From: Trichodelitschia bisporula
Lineage: Eukaryota
Direction: 5' to 3'
DNA length: 64,000 nucleotides
Assembly (NCBI GenBank): GCA_010356995.1
Contig: ML996704.1
Coordinates: forward strand, 248,001 to 312,000
Shown here one piece after another: positions 61,102 to 64,000 of this stretch. A program made the translations under genes and the position numbers. The notes beneath the pieces are model-generated. The model saw only the letters and a list, made by a program, of their open reading frames with translations. It was not told where the DNA came from and made no database searches. How positions within the stretch are numbered: position 1 is the first letter of the stretch; each line of letters begins with the position of its first letter.

Positions 61102-62629
61102 ATGCCCCCAGACTACCAGCTCCTCGGTCATCTCAATGCACAATTCCCATGTCGGGAGCTCCAAATTCGCAGCCTTGCCACGCTTCTCCAAGTTCGAACC
61201 CACTCCGTTTTACGCGCACCTGCTGACCAAGCCCAGCCTACTGCCCCGTCGCCGTCATGCCTCGTAGTACATGGCACCGAAGCCGTCGGTAAAAGTGCTA
61301 TAGTTCAGGCTCTGTTGGAGGGGTTGGAAATTCCACATGCACTTATCTCGTCTCGAGAGTGCATCACAGGACGACACCTACTGGAGCATACTTTGGCTGC
61401 ATGTACCACTGTCATCGCTCCGTCAGATCCAGAATCTGCAGGCAGTACGAGATGCGAGAGTCTCAACACGCTTCAAGTATGCCTCCAGCGCCTTCTCCAG
61501 ACACAGGACAAGTTCGTGCTGGTATTTGACGGCATCGATCGTCAGAGAGAGGCCTACTCGAGTTTGATTCCTGCGTTGATGCGCATGGGGGAGACCGTGA
61601 GTCGGAGCCTCGCACACCATTGGTACAGCTGACATCTAAGGTGCCTGCATTGATCGTTCTTCTTATAGTCTCCTCGCCGAGCCCCCGCATTTTCCATAGT
61701 ACCGGTGTGCCGCACATACACTTTCCCAGCTACGTCAAAGAAGAGCTGATCCGTATCCTCTCTCTCTCTCCCCTGCCTATATGGGAAGAGCCACCTGATA
61801 CCGACTATGACCCAGAGACTGCCACAGAGGAAAGTGCATGGGTCTGGACGCGGTTCTGTTCAGCAGTATGGGACACTATCGCAAAAGGTGCCGCCCGTGA
61901 CCTTAACTCGTTCCGCGATGTCTGCGAGCGGTTGTGGAGGCCATTCGTGGCACCCATCGTCAGCGGTAGCTATGGTACTAGAGATTTCTCTAGGCTACTT
62001 GTGGCCAAACGGACATTGTTTCAAGGCGAGGAGGCTCTCATAAACAATATGCTGGTTGCAGAAGAAAGCCAGGCCATCAAGGCTGTAGAGATTGGTTTGT
62101 GCGTGAGAGCATCTTGTAATGGTATCTAACGACCACAGGCAACCACGAGCTTCCATACTACTCGAAGCTCCTGCTTTGCGCAGCTTATCTCGCCTCGTAC
62201 AATTCACCTCGTCAGGATCAAATATATTTCGTGAAAAGCAGCGACAAGAAGCGGAAACGGCGCGGAGGTGCTCAGGCGGGGACCAAACCGACCAAGCATC
62301 GAAAGGTTTGGTTTCCGAAGCTATTCAGGTGTCTAAGCCTTAACGTTGCATAGATCCCAAGGAGCATGCTGGCGCCGTCGCCATTTCCTCTTGACCGTTT
62401 GCTTGCGATTCTTCACGCCTTAACCCCACACCCTCTTCCGCAAACTTCAGACCTTCTCACACAGCTAACAACGTTGGTGTCCTTGCGACTCATCCTTCGC
62501 GCTGGTACTTCCGGCTCCGATGTCTTGGATGGCACCACCAAGTGGAGGATCAATTGCAGTTCGGATTATGTGGTTGCTCTCGGCCGCGCTGTGGGGGTTG
62601 AGATGAGGGACTACCTTGCCGACAACTAG
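61102..62629 (+). CDS. ORC5: Origin recognition complex subunit 5
   Basis: FPCRELQIRSL, Walker A HGTEAVGKS, ECITGRHLLE, LVFDGIDRQRE, HFPSY, LPYYSKLLLCAAYLASYN, PFPLDRLLAI. Four introns. Confidence 0.94.
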
Positions 62630-63622
62630 AAATTCGTTAACTCTTGACCCAAACTGTTGACCTTACCTTCCCCGTACGGTTCGGTAGCGGATGTCGCCTA
62701 CACTGAGAGTGTCTGTAGGTTGAATGCCTTCGAAGCCGAGAACCACACCATTGTGGGCCGATCTTATCACTTGGAGATCTTCGCTTTTACGCTGGTCATC
62801 ATCCAAAACTTCAGCGACGCCTACGGATGGAGACCTCCTAAGATGTGGAAATAACTATTTGGTCGCAGCCGGGAAACAGTGTTGGGTACACTCTCTCACA
62901 TGCCGCCATGCTCAAACTACGGTATCCATGCATCGTGACAGATCCCGGGGACTCTTGACGCCAAACCTCAATGCAGGGGCAGCTATGGTCGCGCACTTTG
63001 AGCTTGCGCAATTCGGGCTTTCCAACAGCCCGTCTATAGGTTCTCGATGAGGTACCGCCAGTCCCCGGCCCTGGATTAGGTTTTCGCCGTCGCAGATTAA
63101 CAATGTTGTCTACCTCGGCCTTTACTCTCCACATTTCTGGACTGCCACACGCTTAGCGTTTGGTATATTGTTCCACCAAATGCGCGTCGACCTGCAAACG
63201 CTGGCTTTTTTTTTGGAACGGTGCCAAAGTGCGAAGGGCTTGATCTCGCAGCGCTAACATAATTTTTGGGCACTGCGGCCATTTAGGTCTGCACCCGCTT
63301 CATCACTTCATCGGCTAGTTCTTGCTCACTCCCCCCGGGGGCTGCTGGGTCCGTCATGTCGTCTCCCCGGGGAGCTTGTCAACATGAACCGGGAAATTGG
63401 CCATGGTACCGAGCCTGTACGTGGCTTAATTCCTTGCAATATCAGTGGGCAAACTCGCTCCTCATATATCATGGCTTGGCTCCCTGATGTCCGTGCCATC
63501 AACCCCCACAGTGATCGTGATGTCCCGACTCTCGTGCCCATCGCAATGATCGTTTCTGAATCATTCGTCACTCGTTGAACTGCATCGACGCCCTCGTTTT
63601 GTTGCAGCTGTCTGTCGCTACA

Positions 63623-64000
63623 ATGCAGCTTGCTTTGCTCATAGGCGCTGCCTGCGCAGTTGGCGCAGCTGCCGCTGAAACTTCGAAACACCATCTGTTT
63701 GTGGGGACCTACGGCACACCAGCCATCTACGGCATTGAATTTGACAGTAACGCCAACACGCTGACGGTCGCTGGCAACAACACTACGAGGAAGGAGAACG
63801 AATGGCTCGCTCTCTCATACGATAGCAAGACTATCTACAGTTCAGGGTCGTCCGGATGGTCCTCCTTCCCGATTACGTCGCCCACTACACTCGGGAAGGA
63901 AGCTAGCACCACGCCAATTGGCAGCTGCTCGTCGTGGGGCGGAGTGTTCATCTTAGCTTCTCGACGATCTCCTTACACATTGTATGGGTCGTTATCTTGC
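63623..64000 (+). CDS. Secreted lactonase-family beta-propeller (carboxy-cis,cis-muconate cyclase-like), truncated by window end
   Basis: MQLALLIGAACAVGAAAA signal peptide, then HHLFVGTYGTPAIYGIEFD...WLALSYDSKTIYS; open to the window edge. Confidence 0.75.
   Translation, partial: MQLALLIGAACAVGAAAAETSKHHLFVGTYGTPAIYGIEFDSNANTLTVAGNNTTRKENEWLALSYDSKTIYSSGSSGWSSFPITSPTTLGKEASTTPIGSCSSWGGVFILASRRSPYTLYGSLSC

Overview
Filamentous-ascomycete genomic DNA with short GT-AG introns and CTAAC/CTGAC branch sites (Eurotiomycete-like is my impression only). It carries about 18 intron-containing protein genes, mostly housekeeping: SPATA20/DUF255, a PRY/CAP protein, TSC2, CSE1, EDC4/Pdc1-like, a DHA1 MFS transporter, MAK16, MSS1, HUS1, a But2-domain secreted protein, SelO/FMP40, DCAF4-like, eIF6, ESS2, POP8, ORC5 and a truncated lactonase. 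A gene-free, AT-richer island of about 10 kb (43-53 kb) holds at least six ~170-220 bp TA-flanked foldback MITEs and a decayed ankyrin relic. The most striking unexplained signal lies between MSS1 and HUS1 on the minus strand. Three separate 24-nt ORFs each encode the identical heptapeptide MGRGGYN using different synonymous codons. They follow a long ATG-free pyrimidine-rich leader, and together suggest a polycistronic micropeptide gene that the ORF track cannot see. All gene identities come from recognising motifs by eye; no searches were run.
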